Assembly: GCA_963703345.1 (NCBI GenBank)
Contig: OY969814.1
Location: forward strand, 1,952,001-2,016,000
Source of the DNA: an uncultured Chloroflexia bacterium
GTDB taxonomy: Bacteria; Chloroflexota; Dehalococcoidia; DSTF01; JALHUB01
DNA: 64,000 nt
Reading direction: 5' to 3'
Numbering within the stretch: position 1 is the stretch's first letter; the number at the start of each line of letters is the position of its first letter. Below the pieces are notes generated by a model. The model was not told the origin of the DNA. It did no database searches and was given only the letters and a program-made list of their open reading frames with translations. The translations under genes were made by a program, and so were the position numbers. Below, piece after piece: positions 45,662 through 55,640 of this stretch.

Positions 45662-46036
45662 TTATTCCTCTTCGAGGGGAAAGGCGCCGCCGTCCTCGTC
45701 CTCACCGATGTCGTCGGGCATTTCGCCGGCTTCCATCCGGTCGATCATCTCTTCGAACTCCGGCTCCACCTCCTCGCCCATCTTCGACTGCACCTTGCGA
45801 GCGAAGGCGGCGACGCTGCGCGGGTCGTCTTCATCGACGCCGGACAGGAGGGAGTCGTCGTCAAGGGAGTCGAGGCGCTGGTCTTCGGTGCGCACGACGG
45901 CGAAGCGGGAGACAAGGCGCGTCAGGTCGTCGGCGCCGCAATTCGGGCAGACGGCAGGCGTCGATGAGCTTATCGAGCGCCGGAAGACGGTGACGCGCTT
46001 CTTGCACCGGTTGCAGCGGAATTCGTAGATGGGCAT
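45662..46036 (-). CDS. FmdB-family zinc-ribbon protein
   Basis: MPIYEFRCNRC...CPNCG...RLVSRF, acidic tail. Confidence 0.88.
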   Translation of the reverse strand: MPIYEFRCNRCKKRVTVFRRSISSSTPAVCPNCGADDLTRLVSRFAVVRTEDQRLDSLDDDSLLSGVDEDDPRSVAAFARKVQSKMGEEVEPEFEEMIDRMEAGEMPDDIGEDEDGGAFPLEEE

Positions 46037-46154
46037 TTCTATTCGGCTTTCAGCCAAGCCCGCAAACGGAGTCGATTTCGCCGTATCGCGCAAGCACGCC
46101 AACGGCGTCGGTGCTCTCGCCGTAACATCGGCGATCTATTTCCCACCCGCCCGC

Positions 46155-46251
46155 CCTAGGAGGGTTTCTTGGGAATCAAGGGGACACCCCTTGAACCCTC
46201 CTCCAGAGGCGGACCTTCGGCCGGCAAAGGGGCTTCGCCCTCTGCACTCCC
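46155..46251 (+). repeat. Intergenic palindromic repeat, copy 2
   Basis: GGGAATCAAGGGGACACCCCTTGAACCC...AAAGGGGCTTCGCCCTCTGCACTCCC. Confidence 0.6.
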
Positions 46252-46269
46252 TATTCGGGCAACCATCCG

Positions 46270-47010
46270 TCAAGCCGAGGACAGGCGGCGGCCGACGATC
46301 TCCTCGCGGCTGGGGCAGAGGGCCTGGTAGTCGCAGAAGGCGCAATGCCTGCCCACGTTCGTCTGGTAGTCGCGCTCCGTCACTATTTCGTTGTAGGCGG
46401 CGGTCACGGCGGCGACGGCCTCTTCCAGCTCTCGACGCTGCGGGCTCGTTGACCATGCGGAGCCGTCGTCGAGATAGAGGTACGAGGCGCGGCCTACGGG
46501 ACGGCCGAGGCCCCTCTCCAGCATCACAGCATAGATGTGAAGCTGTTGAACGTCGATCTCCTCCGGGCGGCGGCCGGTCTTGTAGTCGATTATGTGAAGT
46601 CCGTCGGCATCGTCGTCAACGCGGTCGATGCGGCCGAGGAGGGCGAGCTGGGCGCTGATCGGCGTCTCGAGATAGGACTCGAGGAGGAGCGGACGGGCGG
46701 CGAGATCGTTGCTGCGGGCGAAGCTGTGGAGCTGGTTCGTCGCGCGTTCCCGCCAGCGCTCTTCGTCTTCGAGGTCGCTGAAGCCGGAGCGATTCTGCTG
46801 CCAGCTTTCGTGAAGGAGGTCGAGGAGTCGCTCGGGGGTGCGTTCAGCCGGTTCGGGCAGGGAGAAGAAGGCTTTGAGGGCGTTGTGGACGTGGGCGCCC
46901 ATTGTGTTGTAGGGGGAAGGACGCGTGGGCAGGCGCTCGACGTACTGGTATCGGTAGCGCCGGCGGCACTGGCGGAAGACGCGGAGGCGGAAGGATGAGA
47001 GTTTGAACAT
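46270..47010 (-). CDS. PD-(D/E)XK RecB/AddB-like nuclease with probable Fe-S staple
   Basis: N-terminal Cys, G..VH, GRIDRVD, IIDYKTG, QL.IYA, C..C.....C. Confidence 0.9.
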   Translation of the reverse strand: MFKLSSFRLRVFRQCRRRYRYQYVERLPTRPSPYNTMGAHVHNALKAFFSLPEPAERTPERLLDLLHESWQQNRSGFSDLEDEERWRERATNQLHSFARSNDLAARPLLLESYLETPISAQLALLGRIDRVDDDADGLHIIDYKTGRRPEEIDVQQLHIYAVMLERGLGRPVGRASYLYLDDGSAWSTSPQRRELEEAVAAVTAAYNEIVTERDYQTNVGRHCAFCDYQALCPSREEIVGRRLSSA

Positions 47011-47011
47011 G

Positions 47012-47407
47012 CTATCGCGTCGGCAGCGCCGGCAGGTCGTCGGCGCTGAAGGCGTTCTCGATGTGCTCCAGGCGAAGGAGCCGGCCGCCGGGCGTCAGTT
47101 CGACGGCGATGACATCGATGCGACGCTCGGGCGCGGCCTGCGGATGTTGCTGGCAGTAGGCGTCGGCGGCGGCGACCAGGCGGGCGCACTTGAGCGGCGT
47201 GACCGATTCGATGGCTGTGCCCATGGCGTCGCCGCGGCGCGTACGCACTTCGACGAAGACGAGACAGCCGTCGCTCTGCGCGATTATGTCAATTTCGCCC
47301 TCACGACAGCGGAAGTTGCGATCGAGGATTGCGTAGCCCTTCGCTTCCAGGTGGGCGACGGCGAGTCGCTCGCCGAAGCGGCCGAGTCGGACGCGCTCGT
47401 CGCTCAT
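47012..47407 (-). CDS. YraN (UPF0102) family endonuclease-like protein
   Basis: GE.LA..HL..KGY.I..RNFR...GEIDIIA, VFVEVRTR. Confidence 0.93.
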   Translation of the reverse strand: MSDERVRLGRFGERLAVAHLEAKGYAILDRNFRCREGEIDIIAQSDGCLVFVEVRTRRGDAMGTAIESVTPLKCARLVAAADAYCQQHPQAAPERRIDVIAVELTPGGRLLRLEHIENAFSADDLPALPTR

Positions 47408-48042
47408 GCCGGCCTCCCGACGAGGCGTTCGCGGACGGGGGCGAAGGAGCGCCGGTGAATGGGACAGGGGCCGTGCCTAACCAGCGCTTCGAGGTGCTCG
47501 GCGGTGGAGTAGCCCTTGTGATGGCGGAAGCCGTACTCGGGGTAGAGGGCGTCGTAGAGCAGCATGATGCGGTCGCGGTGGACTTTGGCGACGATCGAAG
47601 CGGCGGCGATGGAGAGAGAAAGGGCATCGCCGTCGATGATCGCGCTCTGGGGGATGCCGACCTCGGGCAGCATGAAAGCGTCGATGAGGGCGTACTCGGC
47701 AGGCGGCGTAAGGCCGGCGAGGGCCTCGGCCATGGCCAGCCGGGCGGCGGGCGCGATGCCCAGGGCGTCGATCCGCTGGGGAACGACGGCGCCGAGACCG
47801 ACTGCGAGGGCTTTGGCGCGGATCTTCTCGGCGAGGTCTTCTCGCCTGGCGGCAGGCAGGAGCTTGCTATCGCGAACGTCGGCGAGCCAGGCGAAGCGGG
47901 CGCGTGGCGGCAGGATGACCGCGGCGGCGACCACGGGACCGGCGAGGGGACCGCGTCCGACCTCGTCGACGCCGGCGATAAGGCGAAGGCCCTGCTTCCA
48001 GAGGGGTCGCTCGTAATCGAAGGTCGGGCGGAGGGCCATCAT
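47404..48042 (-). CDS. rnhB: Ribonuclease HII
   Basis: AGVDEVGRGPLAGPVV, DSK, GDA, AASIVAKV.RD, KGY.T..H. Confidence 0.96.
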   Translation of the reverse strand: MMALRPTFDYERPLWKQGLRLIAGVDEVGRGPLAGPVVAAAVILPPRARFAWLADVRDSKLLPAARREDLAEKIRAKALAVGLGAVVPQRIDALGIAPAARLAMAEALAGLTPPAEYALIDAFMLPEVGIPQSAIIDGDALSLSIAAASIVAKVHRDRIMLLYDALYPEYGFRHHKGYSTAEHLEALVRHGPCPIHRRSFAPVRERLVGRPA

Positions 48043-48260
48043 CGCCTCCGGCGGTTCAATGCATACCATTTCTGCAGACGATGGTAGCACGGGCAAAGTC
48101 GGGAAGGAAGGGAGGTCTTGCCCACCACGTCGGCGTAGTGCCGGCAACCGCGCCGCGTGACAGTGGCGTGTTTCAGCCCTCCAGACGCGGGCAGGCTCCG
48201 CCCGCTCCTAAGTGGTATCATCGCTGCGATCGTGATGATCGAAGCGAAAGGAGAGGATAG

Positions 48261-48452
48261 ATGCCGGTTGTGCGGGTGTCCATGTGGACGGGTCGGACGC
48301 ATGCGCAGAAGCAGGAGTTGGCACGGGCGATCACGGACGCGGTGTGCGCCATTGCGCAGACGACGCCGGAGGCAACGATAATCATCTTCGAGGACGTGGA
48401 GCGCAGCAACTGGGCGCAGGCCGGCGCGCTGGCGTCGGAGGAGCGGAAGTAG
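48261..48452 (+). CDS. 4-oxalocrotonate tautomerase family protein
   Basis: Pro-1 after Met, GRT..QK..L, W...G. Confidence 0.9.
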   Translation: MPVVRVSMWTGRTHAQKQELARAITDAVCAIAQTTPEATIIIFEDVERSNWAQAGALASEERK

Positions 48453-48611
48453 AGGGTTTGCGAGGATGCGTGGGCCGCGCAGGGCGTCCGATAATCGGTA
48501 GTCCCGAGCGGCAGCGCGCGCTTTGCCGACGGCGCGTGAATCTACGGCTTCCGGTCGCACAGGGGGTCTGATATAATCTTAGGTGGTAGATAGTCTCTAG
48601 TAGGAGTTGGC

Positions 48612-50582
48612 ATGGGCTCTCGCTGGATGCGCAACACTTTCATATACTTGCTCATCGTCGTCGCCGTAGTGGCGATCGTCTGGTCTTTCCTGGGCAATAA
48701 GCCGTCGACCAGCACGTCGGAGGACATCAGTTGGGTCGTCGCCGAGGTGCAAAGCCAGAGCGTCGACAAAATCGAGGTGTCCGGCGACAACTTGACGATT
48801 CACCTTAAGAACGATTCGGCCGTCTACAAGTCGCGGAAGGAAAGCGGCGTAAGCATCTACGACGTGCTTCACAACGCCGGCGCCAGCAGCGACAACATCC
48901 AGGCGACCCAGATAAACGTTACCTCCCCGAGCAAGTGGGGTAGCTGGCTGCCGTTCCTGATCAACTTCCTACCGTTCATCATCTTCGGCGCCATCCTGAT
49001 CTTCATGTTGCGTCAGGCCCAGGGCTCGAACTCGCAGGCGATGAGCTTCGGGAAGAGCCGCGCCCGCATGTTCACCGGCAACAAGCCGACTGTCACATTC
49101 AGCGATGTCGCGGGCGTCGACGAGGCGAAGGAGGAGTTGCAGGAGGTCGTCGAGTTCCTCAAGTACCCAGAGAAGTTCGCGGCTCTGGGGGCGCGCATTC
49201 CGCACGGCGTGCTGCTGGTCGGGCCGCCGGGTACGGGCAAGACGTTGCTTGGCAAGGCGGTGGCCGGTGAGGCTGGCGTGCCTTTCTTCTCGATAAGCGG
49301 CTCCGAGTTCGTGGAGATGTTCGTCGGTGTCGGCGCGTCGCGCGTGCGCGACCTGTTCGACCAGGCGAAGCGTAATGCGCCCTGCATCGTCTTCGTCGAC
49401 GAGATCGACGCGGTGGGCAGGCAGCGCGGCGCGGGCCTCGGCGGCAGCCACGACGAGCGAGAGCAGACGCTGAACCAGATCCTGGTGGAGATGGACGGCT
49501 TTGACACGAACACGAATATCATCGTCTTGGCCGCGACGAACCGGCCGGACATCCTGGACCCGGCGCTCCTGCGTCCGGGGCGGTTCGACCGGCATATGAT
49601 ACTGGACCGGCCGGACATCAAGGGTCGCAACGCCATCCTGGACGTGCACGTGCGCGGGAAGCCTCTGGACAAGGACGTGCAGCTCGGCGACCTGGCGCGA
49701 CAGACGTCCGGCTTCTCAGGGGCGGACCTGGCGAACCTGGTGAATGAGGCGGCCCTTCTGTCGGCGCGTCGCAACAGGAAGCGACTGGGCATGGCGGAGT
49801 TCAATGAGGCGGTGGACCGCGTTATCGCCGGGCCGGAGCGCAAGAGCCGCGTAATCAGCCCGAAGGAGAAGGAGATCATCGCCTACCATGAGGCGGGACA
49901 CGCGCTCGTGGCGCGCATGCTGCCCAACGCGGACCCCGTCTACAAGGTCACGATCGTTTCGCGCGGCATGGCGGGCGGTTTCACGCGCTTCCTGCCGGAA
50001 GAGGACCGTCATCTGAAAACACGGTCGCAGTTCCAGGACACGCTGGCGTCGAGTCTGGGCGGCCACGTGGCGGAGGAGATCGTCCTCGGCGAGATGACGA
50101 CGGGCCCGCAGAGCGACATCGAGGCGGCGACGAAGATCGCCCGGCAGATGGTAATGCAGTGGGGAATGAGCGAACGCCTGGGGCCGCGGACGTTTGGTCG
50201 CAAGGAAGAGTTGGTCTTCCTGGGTCGCGAGATTGCTGAACAGCGCAACTATAGCGAGAAGGTGGCCGAGGAGATCGACGAAGAAGTGCGCCGGATCATC
50301 GACCACGCCTACCAAGTGGCGAAGAAGATACTGCTGGAGAATCGCGGCAAGCTGGACCAGATTGCGCGACGCCTGGTGGAGGTGGAGACGCTGGAAAGCG
50401 ACGAGCTTCAGCGGGTGTTCAATGCGCCTCTGGACGAGCAGTTCCCGCCGGCGATGGAGCCGGGCAGCGAGGCGCCGAAGGGCGAGAAGCCTAAGGACGA
50501 GCCGCAGCCGGAGGGTCAGGAGGGCCAGGGGAAGCCGGTGACGAAGCCGGGGTTGGCCTGGAGCGAGCACGGCGGCACGTAA
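48612..50582 (+). CDS. ftsH: ATP-dependent zinc metalloprotease FtsH
   Basis: Two TM segments, [23 protein letters not shown]. Confidence 0.98.
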   Translation: MGSRWMRNTFIYLLIVVAVVAIVWSFLGNKPSTSTSEDISWVVAEVQSQSVDKIEVSGDNLTIHLKNDSAVYKSRKESGVSIYDVLHNAGASSDNIQATQINVTSPSKWGSWLPFLINFLPFIIFGAILIFMLRQAQGSNSQAMSFGKSRARMFTGNKPTVTFSDVAGVDEAKEELQEVVEFLKYPEKFAALGARIPHGVLLVGPPGTGKTLLGKAVAGEAGVPFFSISGSEFVEMFVGVGASRVRDLFDQAKRNAPCIVFVDEIDAVGRQRGAGLGGSHDEREQTLNQILVEMDGFDTNTNIIVLAATNRPDILDPALLRPGRFDRHMILDRPDIKGRNAILDVHVRGKPLDKDVQLGDLARQTSGFSGADLANLVNEAALLSARRNRKRLGMAEFNEAVDRVIAGPERKSRVISPKEKEIIAYHEAGHALVARMLPNADPVYKVTIVSRGMAGGFTRFLPEEDRHLKTRSQFQDTLASSLGGHVAEEIVLGEMTTGPQSDIEAATKIARQMVMQWGMSERLGPRTFGRKEELVFLGREIAEQRNYSEKVAEEIDEEVRRIIDHAYQVAKKILLENRGKLDQIARRLVEVETLESDELQRVFNAPLDEQFPPAMEPGSEAPKGEKPKDEPQPEGQEGQGKPVTKPGLAWSEHGGT

Positions 50583-50617
50583 TCGCAACGATCCGACAAT
50601 AGCGCTATTTCGAGGAT

Positions 50618-50645
50618 GGGCTCCTCCGGGGGCCTATTCTTTTTG
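50618..50645 (+). terminator. Rho-independent terminator after ftsH
   Basis: GGGCTCC-TCCG-GGGGCCT followed by ATTCTTTTT. Confidence 0.6.
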
Positions 50646-50686
50646 CATCCGACGCGGCCGGACGCGTCTGTCGAAGGGGCGAATAG

Positions 50687-51763
50687 TCAGTTTCGCCACT
50701 GGATCCGCTGCCGCGGCGGCGTTTCTCCTCGGTCGCGGCTGCCGCCGAGTGACAGCACGTCGCGGATGTCCAGCTTCAGAACCCACATCCCGGCCAGGCC
50801 GGTGATGGTTATCCAGACGATGGTGAAGACGTGGGTTCCGAGCGCGTAACCAGCGGCGAGGGCGCCGTTGACGCCCAGGGCGGTCATGATGCTCTGCAGG
50901 GCGACTTCGTAGGGGCCGAGGTTCCAGGGAGTCAGCGGCAGGGCAACGACGATGTTGGCCGTTATCATGATGACGATGAACTTGTCGAAGGCGATGTCGA
51001 GGCCGAAGGCAAGGCCGAAGAGAAAGTACATGACGCTTTCGGCGAGCCAACCGGGGAAGGAAACGGCGATGACCCGAAGGGTGCGTCTCGGCTCGCGCAT
51101 GGCGGCCAGCCCTTCGAAGAACTCCGGCACAGCGCGCCCGATAGCCTGGCGCGTGCCTTCGGTGAACATCCCCAGCCAGGGTTTCTCGGCCAGGTTCTTA
51201 GGCGGCGGGACTCGCGAGGCGACGAGCGCGGCCACGAAGCCGATCGTCGTCGCGACCGCCAGAGCGACCGCCAGGCTGGTCGGAAGGACGGGCACACGCA
51301 GGAAGGCGAGCACGACGAGGGTGAGGATGAGGAAGGTGAAGCCGTCCAGGATCGTCTCGGCCACGACGACGGCACCGACGAGCTCGGCGCGGGGGATGCC
51401 GAAGCGCTGCGCCGGCACCTGGATGCGCAGCACGTCGCCGATGCGGAAGGGCACGGCGTTGTTCGCCATGTTGGAGACGAGGTAGATGCCGAACAGGGAA
51501 CTGAGGGGCGCTGCCTCCGTCTCGGACAGCAAGAGCCGCCAGCGATAGGCGTGGATTAGCTTGGAGATTGTGAAGCAGGCCAGGGCCGGCAGGACCCAAA
51601 CGTAGTGGACGTGTGCGAAGGTGTGGAAGACCCTGCCCAGGTTGACCCGCCAGACCAGGATTCCCACGAATACGCCGGTAAGCGCCAGTTGGAACAGGAA
51701 GCGACGGCCGAGAAGACGGCGGATCAAGCCTCTTGCTTTCCTCTCGTCAGTGACCGTGGACAA
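50687..51763 (-). CDS. Lysylphosphatidylglycerol synthase TM-region (UPF0104) flippase-like protein
   Basis: Multi-TM; RW..LL, NN.VP.R.GD..R, P.TP..LG.YE. Confidence 0.82.
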   Translation of the reverse strand: MSTVTDERKARGLIRRLLGRRFLFQLALTGVFVGILVWRVNLGRVFHTFAHVHYVWVLPALACFTISKLIHAYRWRLLLSETEAAPLSSLFGIYLVSNMANNAVPFRIGDVLRIQVPAQRFGIPRAELVGAVVVAETILDGFTFLILTLVVLAFLRVPVLPTSLAVALAVATTIGFVAALVASRVPPPKNLAEKPWLGMFTEGTRQAIGRAVPEFFEGLAAMREPRRTLRVIAVSFPGWLAESVMYFLFGLAFGLDIAFDKFIVIMITANIVVALPLTPWNLGPYEVALQSIMTALGVNGALAAGYALGTHVFTIVWITITGLAGMWVLKLDIRDVLSLGGSRDRGETPPRQRIQWRN

Positions 51764-51871
51764 GCGACATCGAGCGATGCGTCCAACCGCGTCGCCCGAG
51801 GCGCCTCGGTAAGCTCATAGTAGCACAAGGCTTGATCTGCGCGGACAGCGCAGCGGCCGGGCGAGCGAGGA

Positions 51872-52729
51872 TCAGCCGCCGGCGCCGGCCTCGCGGCGGA
51901 TCTCCTTCAGGATGTCGAGGTTCTCTTTATCCGGGCCCAGGTTGCCGAAGCCGGGCACTTCGAGGATGAAGGGCACGTTGGCAAACGCAGGATGAGCGAA
52001 GATGCGCAGGAAGCCGTCGCGGCCGATGTGCCCCTGGCCGATGTTCTCGTGGCGGTCGCGCACGCCGGCCAGCGGCACCTTGGAGTCGTTGGCGTGGCAG
52101 GCGACGAGCTTGTCGAGACCGATCTCGCGCTCGAACTCGCCGACGGCGGCGGCGAGGCCTTTTTCGTCGGTCAGGTCGTAGCCCATGGCGTAGGCGTGCT
52201 GCGTGTCAAGGCAGACCTTCAGGCGCGGGTCGCCTACTTCGCGGATGATGGCGCCGAGTTCAGCGAAGTGAGCCCCGACGCTTCCGCCCATTCCAGCGCT
52301 GTTCTCCAAGATCAGCCAGGACTCGGCGGGAGTGGCGTCAAGGACGCGTCGCACCGCGGTGGTGACGCGCGGCAGGATGGCTTCGAAGCCGAGGCCCTTA
52401 TGGCTGCCAGCGTGGACGATGCTGCCTTTGGCGCCGATGCGGGGGCAGAGCTGGAGGTCGGCGGCGAGGGAGGCGGCGCCGCGCTCGATGGCGACGGGGT
52501 CGTCGCTGACGAGGCTGATGAGGTAGATGGCGTGGAGGAAGACGGGCGCGACGTCCGCGGCGGCGGCTTTCTCGCGGAAGGCGGCGGCTTCTTCATCGCC
52601 GATGGCGCGACGCCGCCAGGTCTGAGGCGCGGCGCCGAATATCTGGATGGTCTCCGCGCCCATGGCCTGAGCGCGGTCAATCGCTTTGTCGAGGCCGCCC
52701 TGGGTGGAAACGTGCGCGCCGAGCTTCAT
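51872..52729 (-). CDS. nfo: Endonuclease IV
   Basis: GAHVS..GG, QIF, HA.YLI, ENSAG, CLDTQH, NDSK, DRHENIG.G.IG, ILE.P. Confidence 0.95.
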   Translation of the reverse strand: MKLGAHVSTQGGLDKAIDRAQAMGAETIQIFGAAPQTWRRRAIGDEEAAAFREKAAAADVAPVFLHAIYLISLVSDDPVAIERGAASLAADLQLCPRIGAKGSIVHAGSHKGLGFEAILPRVTTAVRRVLDATPAESWLILENSAGMGGSVGAHFAELGAIIREVGDPRLKVCLDTQHAYAMGYDLTDEKGLAAAVGEFEREIGLDKLVACHANDSKVPLAGVRDRHENIGQGHIGRDGFLRIFAHPAFANVPFILEVPGFGNLGPDKENLDILKEIRREAGAGG

Positions 52730-52796
52730 CCTGTGCCTTCGATTCGCGGTCCGGCCGTTGTCGTGTAACAATCGCTCGGATTGAGGGCAAGAACCC

Positions 52797-52824
52797 TTGA
52801 CAACTTGGCGCGGCGGACTATAAT
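52797..52824 (+). promoter_or_regulatory. Consensus sigma70 promoter pointing at the 3' end of the NYN gene
   Basis: TTGACA-16 nt-TATAAT, both hexamers perfect. Confidence 0.75.
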
Positions 52825-52830
52825 GAGGTC

Positions 52831-52912
52831 GCTGGACCCCCTGAGAATGCGTAGCAATCTCAGGCGATAAGCCTCAACGGGTTGCTTTGCAACCCGTTGC
52901 GCTATTTCCAGC
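52831..52912 (+). ncRNA. Candidate structured small RNA convergent with the NYN gene
   Basis: CCTGAGA/TCTCAGG hairpin, perfect 11-bp CAACGGGTTGC-TTT-GCAACCCGTTG hairpin, possible GCTGGA/TCCAGC closing stem; no RBS-bearing ORF. Confidence 0.55.
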
Positions 52913-53432
52913 ACCCCTTCAGGAACGTCTTATCGATTCGAATTGCCTTGTCGGCGACGTCGCGCAGGTGCTGCGACGACCAGGCGTCGCCGAAGAGCGC
53001 TACTTCCACGTGCCTGCCGGTATCCTTCACCGCCTGGAGAGCGTCGGCGAAGTCATTGTCGCCGCTGACGAGGACGGCTACGTCGTAGAGATTGTGGTAG
53101 GCGTGCTGTTGGATGTCGGTGGCGATCTTTACGTCGATGCCTTTCTCGTAGGCAGGCTCGGTGGGCCAATTGCGATAGACGAGGCGTCCGAGGCGAACTT
53201 CCAGGTAGGGAATGCGGCGCATTCGGTTGAAGAAGGTCTGCTGGTCCTTGTAGCGCTCGGGCTCTTTCGTGTGGTCGACAGGCGCGTTGTAATAGTAGAC
53301 CCGGATTAGCTGGCGCTTGCCGGCGAGCTTCTTGGTGAAGGCTTCGAAATCGAGATTGGTGTAGCCGTAGATCGACTTGATGGAGTGGTAGACGTTGCTG
53401 CCGTCGATGTAGACCATGACCCGATCGGGCAT
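52902..53432 (-). CDS. NYN (LabA/DUF88, PIN-like) ribonuclease
   Basis: YIDGSN, RVYYY, EKGIDV, LVSGDNDF, G..VEV, S..LR..AD; catalytic Asp residues intact. Confidence 0.93.
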   Translation of the reverse strand: MPDRVMVYIDGSNVYHSIKSIYGYTNLDFEAFTKKLAGKRQLIRVYYYNAPVDHTKEPERYKDQQTFFNRMRRIPYLEVRLGRLVYRNWPTEPAYEKGIDVKIATDIQQHAYHNLYDVAVLVSGDNDFADALQAVKDTGRHVEVALFGDAWSSQHLRDVADKAIRIDKTFLKGCWK

Positions 53433-53534
53433 AAGCTACCTCTGATATAAATCTTCTGATGCTAGTATATGTTAGTCAACATTGGGGCGCCAGCCAGGGC
53501 GGGCATCCGCCAAGGGCGTACTCCTACGAATCGC

Positions 53535-54221
53535 ATGACTGAGGAGGTCTTGTGCGCGGCGGCGATGAGGCAGGCAAGCCCGTCGAACTTGGCGACGGAG
53601 CGAGGCGTCGTTTCGTGCCTGTACCACGAAGGCAGTCGCGGCGGCGGCGCGGTCGTTTTCGTCGGCGGGACCGACGGCGGATTCGCCGGGCCGGCGAACA
53701 GCATCTACGCGACGCTGGCGGACGACCTGCGCGCGGCTGGGATGAGCTCGCTGCGACTGGACTTTCGCCTGCACACGGCGCCGGGAAACGTCGAAGAAGG
53801 GACGCACGACGTTCTGGCCGGCGTTGCCTTCCTTAAGAGCAAAGGAGCGGGACGAGTCGGGCTCGTCGGACACTCGTTCGGCGGCGCGGTGGTGGTAAAC
53901 GCGGCGGCGCTGTCGGACGACGTGGACGCGGTGGTTACGCTGAGCACGCAGACGGCGGGAACGACGCTGGTGGGCCGCATCGCTCCCCGGCCGCTCCTGC
54001 TGGTGCACGGCGAGCTGGACACACGTCTGCCGCCGCGATGCTCGCGCTACGTCTACGAGCGCGCCGGCGAGCCGAAGGAGCTGGTCATCCTGGCCGGCGC
54101 GAAGCACAGCCTGCGGCAGCGTCGGGAGGAGCTGCGGACGTTGCTGCGGGAGTGGCTGATGGCGCGGTTAGGTGCGCAGGAGGACCAAGAAGGGTCCGGG
54201 CCGCGCCAGCTCGATCCCTGA
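53535..54221 (+). CDS. Alpha/beta hydrolase
   Basis: GHSFG nucleophile elbow, HG..D, GA.H. Confidence 0.88.
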   Translation: MTEEVLCAAAMRQASPSNLATERGVVSCLYHEGSRGGGAVVFVGGTDGGFAGPANSIYATLADDLRAAGMSSLRLDFRLHTAPGNVEEGTHDVLAGVAFLKSKGAGRVGLVGHSFGGAVVVNAAALSDDVDAVVTLSTQTAGTTLVGRIAPRPLLLVHGELDTRLPPRCSRYVYERAGEPKELVILAGAKHSLRQRREELRTLLREWLMARLGAQEDQEGSGPRQLDP

Positions 54222-54285
54222 GCGTAGCGGCGGCCCGGACTATGCGATATGAAGCGTCCGCTAATGCGGTGTATCCCTTTCGTCG

Positions 54286-55464
54286 TTAGCGACTCCTGAT
54301 GCCGCCGGTGATGGCGCGGGCGATGACGAGTCGCTGGATCTCGTTGGCGCCCTCGAATATCTGGAATATCTTGGCGTCGCGCATCCACTTCTCCACCGGG
54401 AACTCGCTGACGTAGCCGTAGCCGCCGAGTATCTGCACGGCTTCGACGGTCGCGCGCATGGCGGCATCGGACGGGAAGGCCTTGGCCATGCTGCCTTCGC
54501 CGCGAAGGAAGGGGACGTGGGTCCTGCCCATCCAGGTCGCGCGCCAGATGAGAAGGCGAGCGGCGTCGAGCTCGATCGCCATGTCGGCGAGCTTGAAAGC
54601 GATTCCTTCGTTGGCGGCGAGCGGGCGGCCGAACTGGATGCGCGTCTTAGAGTAGTCGAGGGCGTATTCGAAGGCGGCGCGACCGACGCCCAGGGCGAAG
54701 CAGCCGATCATGGGGCGGGTGCGCTCGAGGGCGCTCAGTGCGCCGAGAGCGCCGCTGCCGCCTCCGGTACCCGGCGGCGAGCCCGGCGGCGGGCCGAGGC
54801 GGTTGCGCGCCGGCACGCGGCAGTCTTCGAGGATGACGTCGGCGGTCCAGGAGGCGCGGATGCCCATCTTCTTCCAAACGGTGCCCATGGACAGGCCGGG
54901 GGTGTCTTTTTCGATCGCGAAAGCGCAAAGGCCGCCCCACTTCTTGCTCTTGTCCTCGGTGGCGAAAACGACGTGGACGTCGGCGATGCCGCCGTTGGTG
55001 ATGAAGCGCTTGGTGCCATTGAGAATGTAGTCGTCACCGTCGCGAACGGCGGTGGTGGAGATGTTGGCGACGTCGGAGCCAGCCTCCGGCTCGGTGAGGC
55101 AGTAGGCGCCGAGTCGGAGCTCGGTCTCGGTGCTCTGGCATTTGGGGACCCATTCGTCTTGCTGCGCATCGGTGCCCATGCCGACGATGGCGGCAAGAGC
55201 GAGCCCGCTCGAGGAGATGGACAGGGCAACACCGCCGTCGCCCCAGGACAGCTCTTCGGTGATTACGGGCGATACGAGGTGGGAATCGCTCTCGCCGAAC
55301 ATGCCGGAGGACAGGCCAAGGGAGCTTGCCTTGAGCATTATGTCGCGCGGCACCTCTTCGTGCTCTTCAAAGTAGGCCGCGTTAGGGCGGATTTCTTTGA
55401 GCGCGAACTCGTGCGCCAACTGCTGGACCATACGTTCTTCTTCGTTGAGACCGAAGTCGGCCAT
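54286..55464 (-). CDS. Acyl-CoA dehydrogenase
   Basis: CLTEPEAGSD, NGTKRFITNG, KMG.RAS, R.QFG, GGYGY, IFEGANEIQR. Confidence 0.95.
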   Translation of the reverse strand: MADFGLNEEERMVQQLAHEFALKEIRPNAAYFEEHEEVPRDIMLKASSLGLSSGMFGESDSHLVSPVITEELSWGDGGVALSISSSGLALAAIVGMGTDAQQDEWVPKCQSTETELRLGAYCLTEPEAGSDVANISTTAVRDGDDYILNGTKRFITNGGIADVHVVFATEDKSKKWGGLCAFAIEKDTPGLSMGTVWKKMGIRASWTADVILEDCRVPARNRLGPPPGSPPGTGGGSGALGALSALERTRPMIGCFALGVGRAAFEYALDYSKTRIQFGRPLAANEGIAFKLADMAIELDAARLLIWRATWMGRTHVPFLRGEGSMAKAFPSDAAMRATVEAVQILGGYGYVSEFPVEKWMRDAKIFQIFEGANEIQRLVIARAITGGIRSR

Positions 55465-55640
55465 GGTTACACCTCCAATCGTTATCCTGGCGAAGCTAGC
55501 TGGGGAATCGTAACAAAGGTTCGGTTTGAAGAATAGGCCCATCTGAGACTCCGGTATTGCGCTGCGCGTATCGAGGGCGAGCGCGGCGATTCCTTGTGCC
55601 GGACAGAGAAGCCATTCTATACTCGCGACCAGGGTGTCGA

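Noticed and set aside
46270-47010. Cas4 / CRISPR locus
   Set aside because: No cas1/cas2 and no repeat-spacer array seen; context is rnhB-yraN housekeeping.
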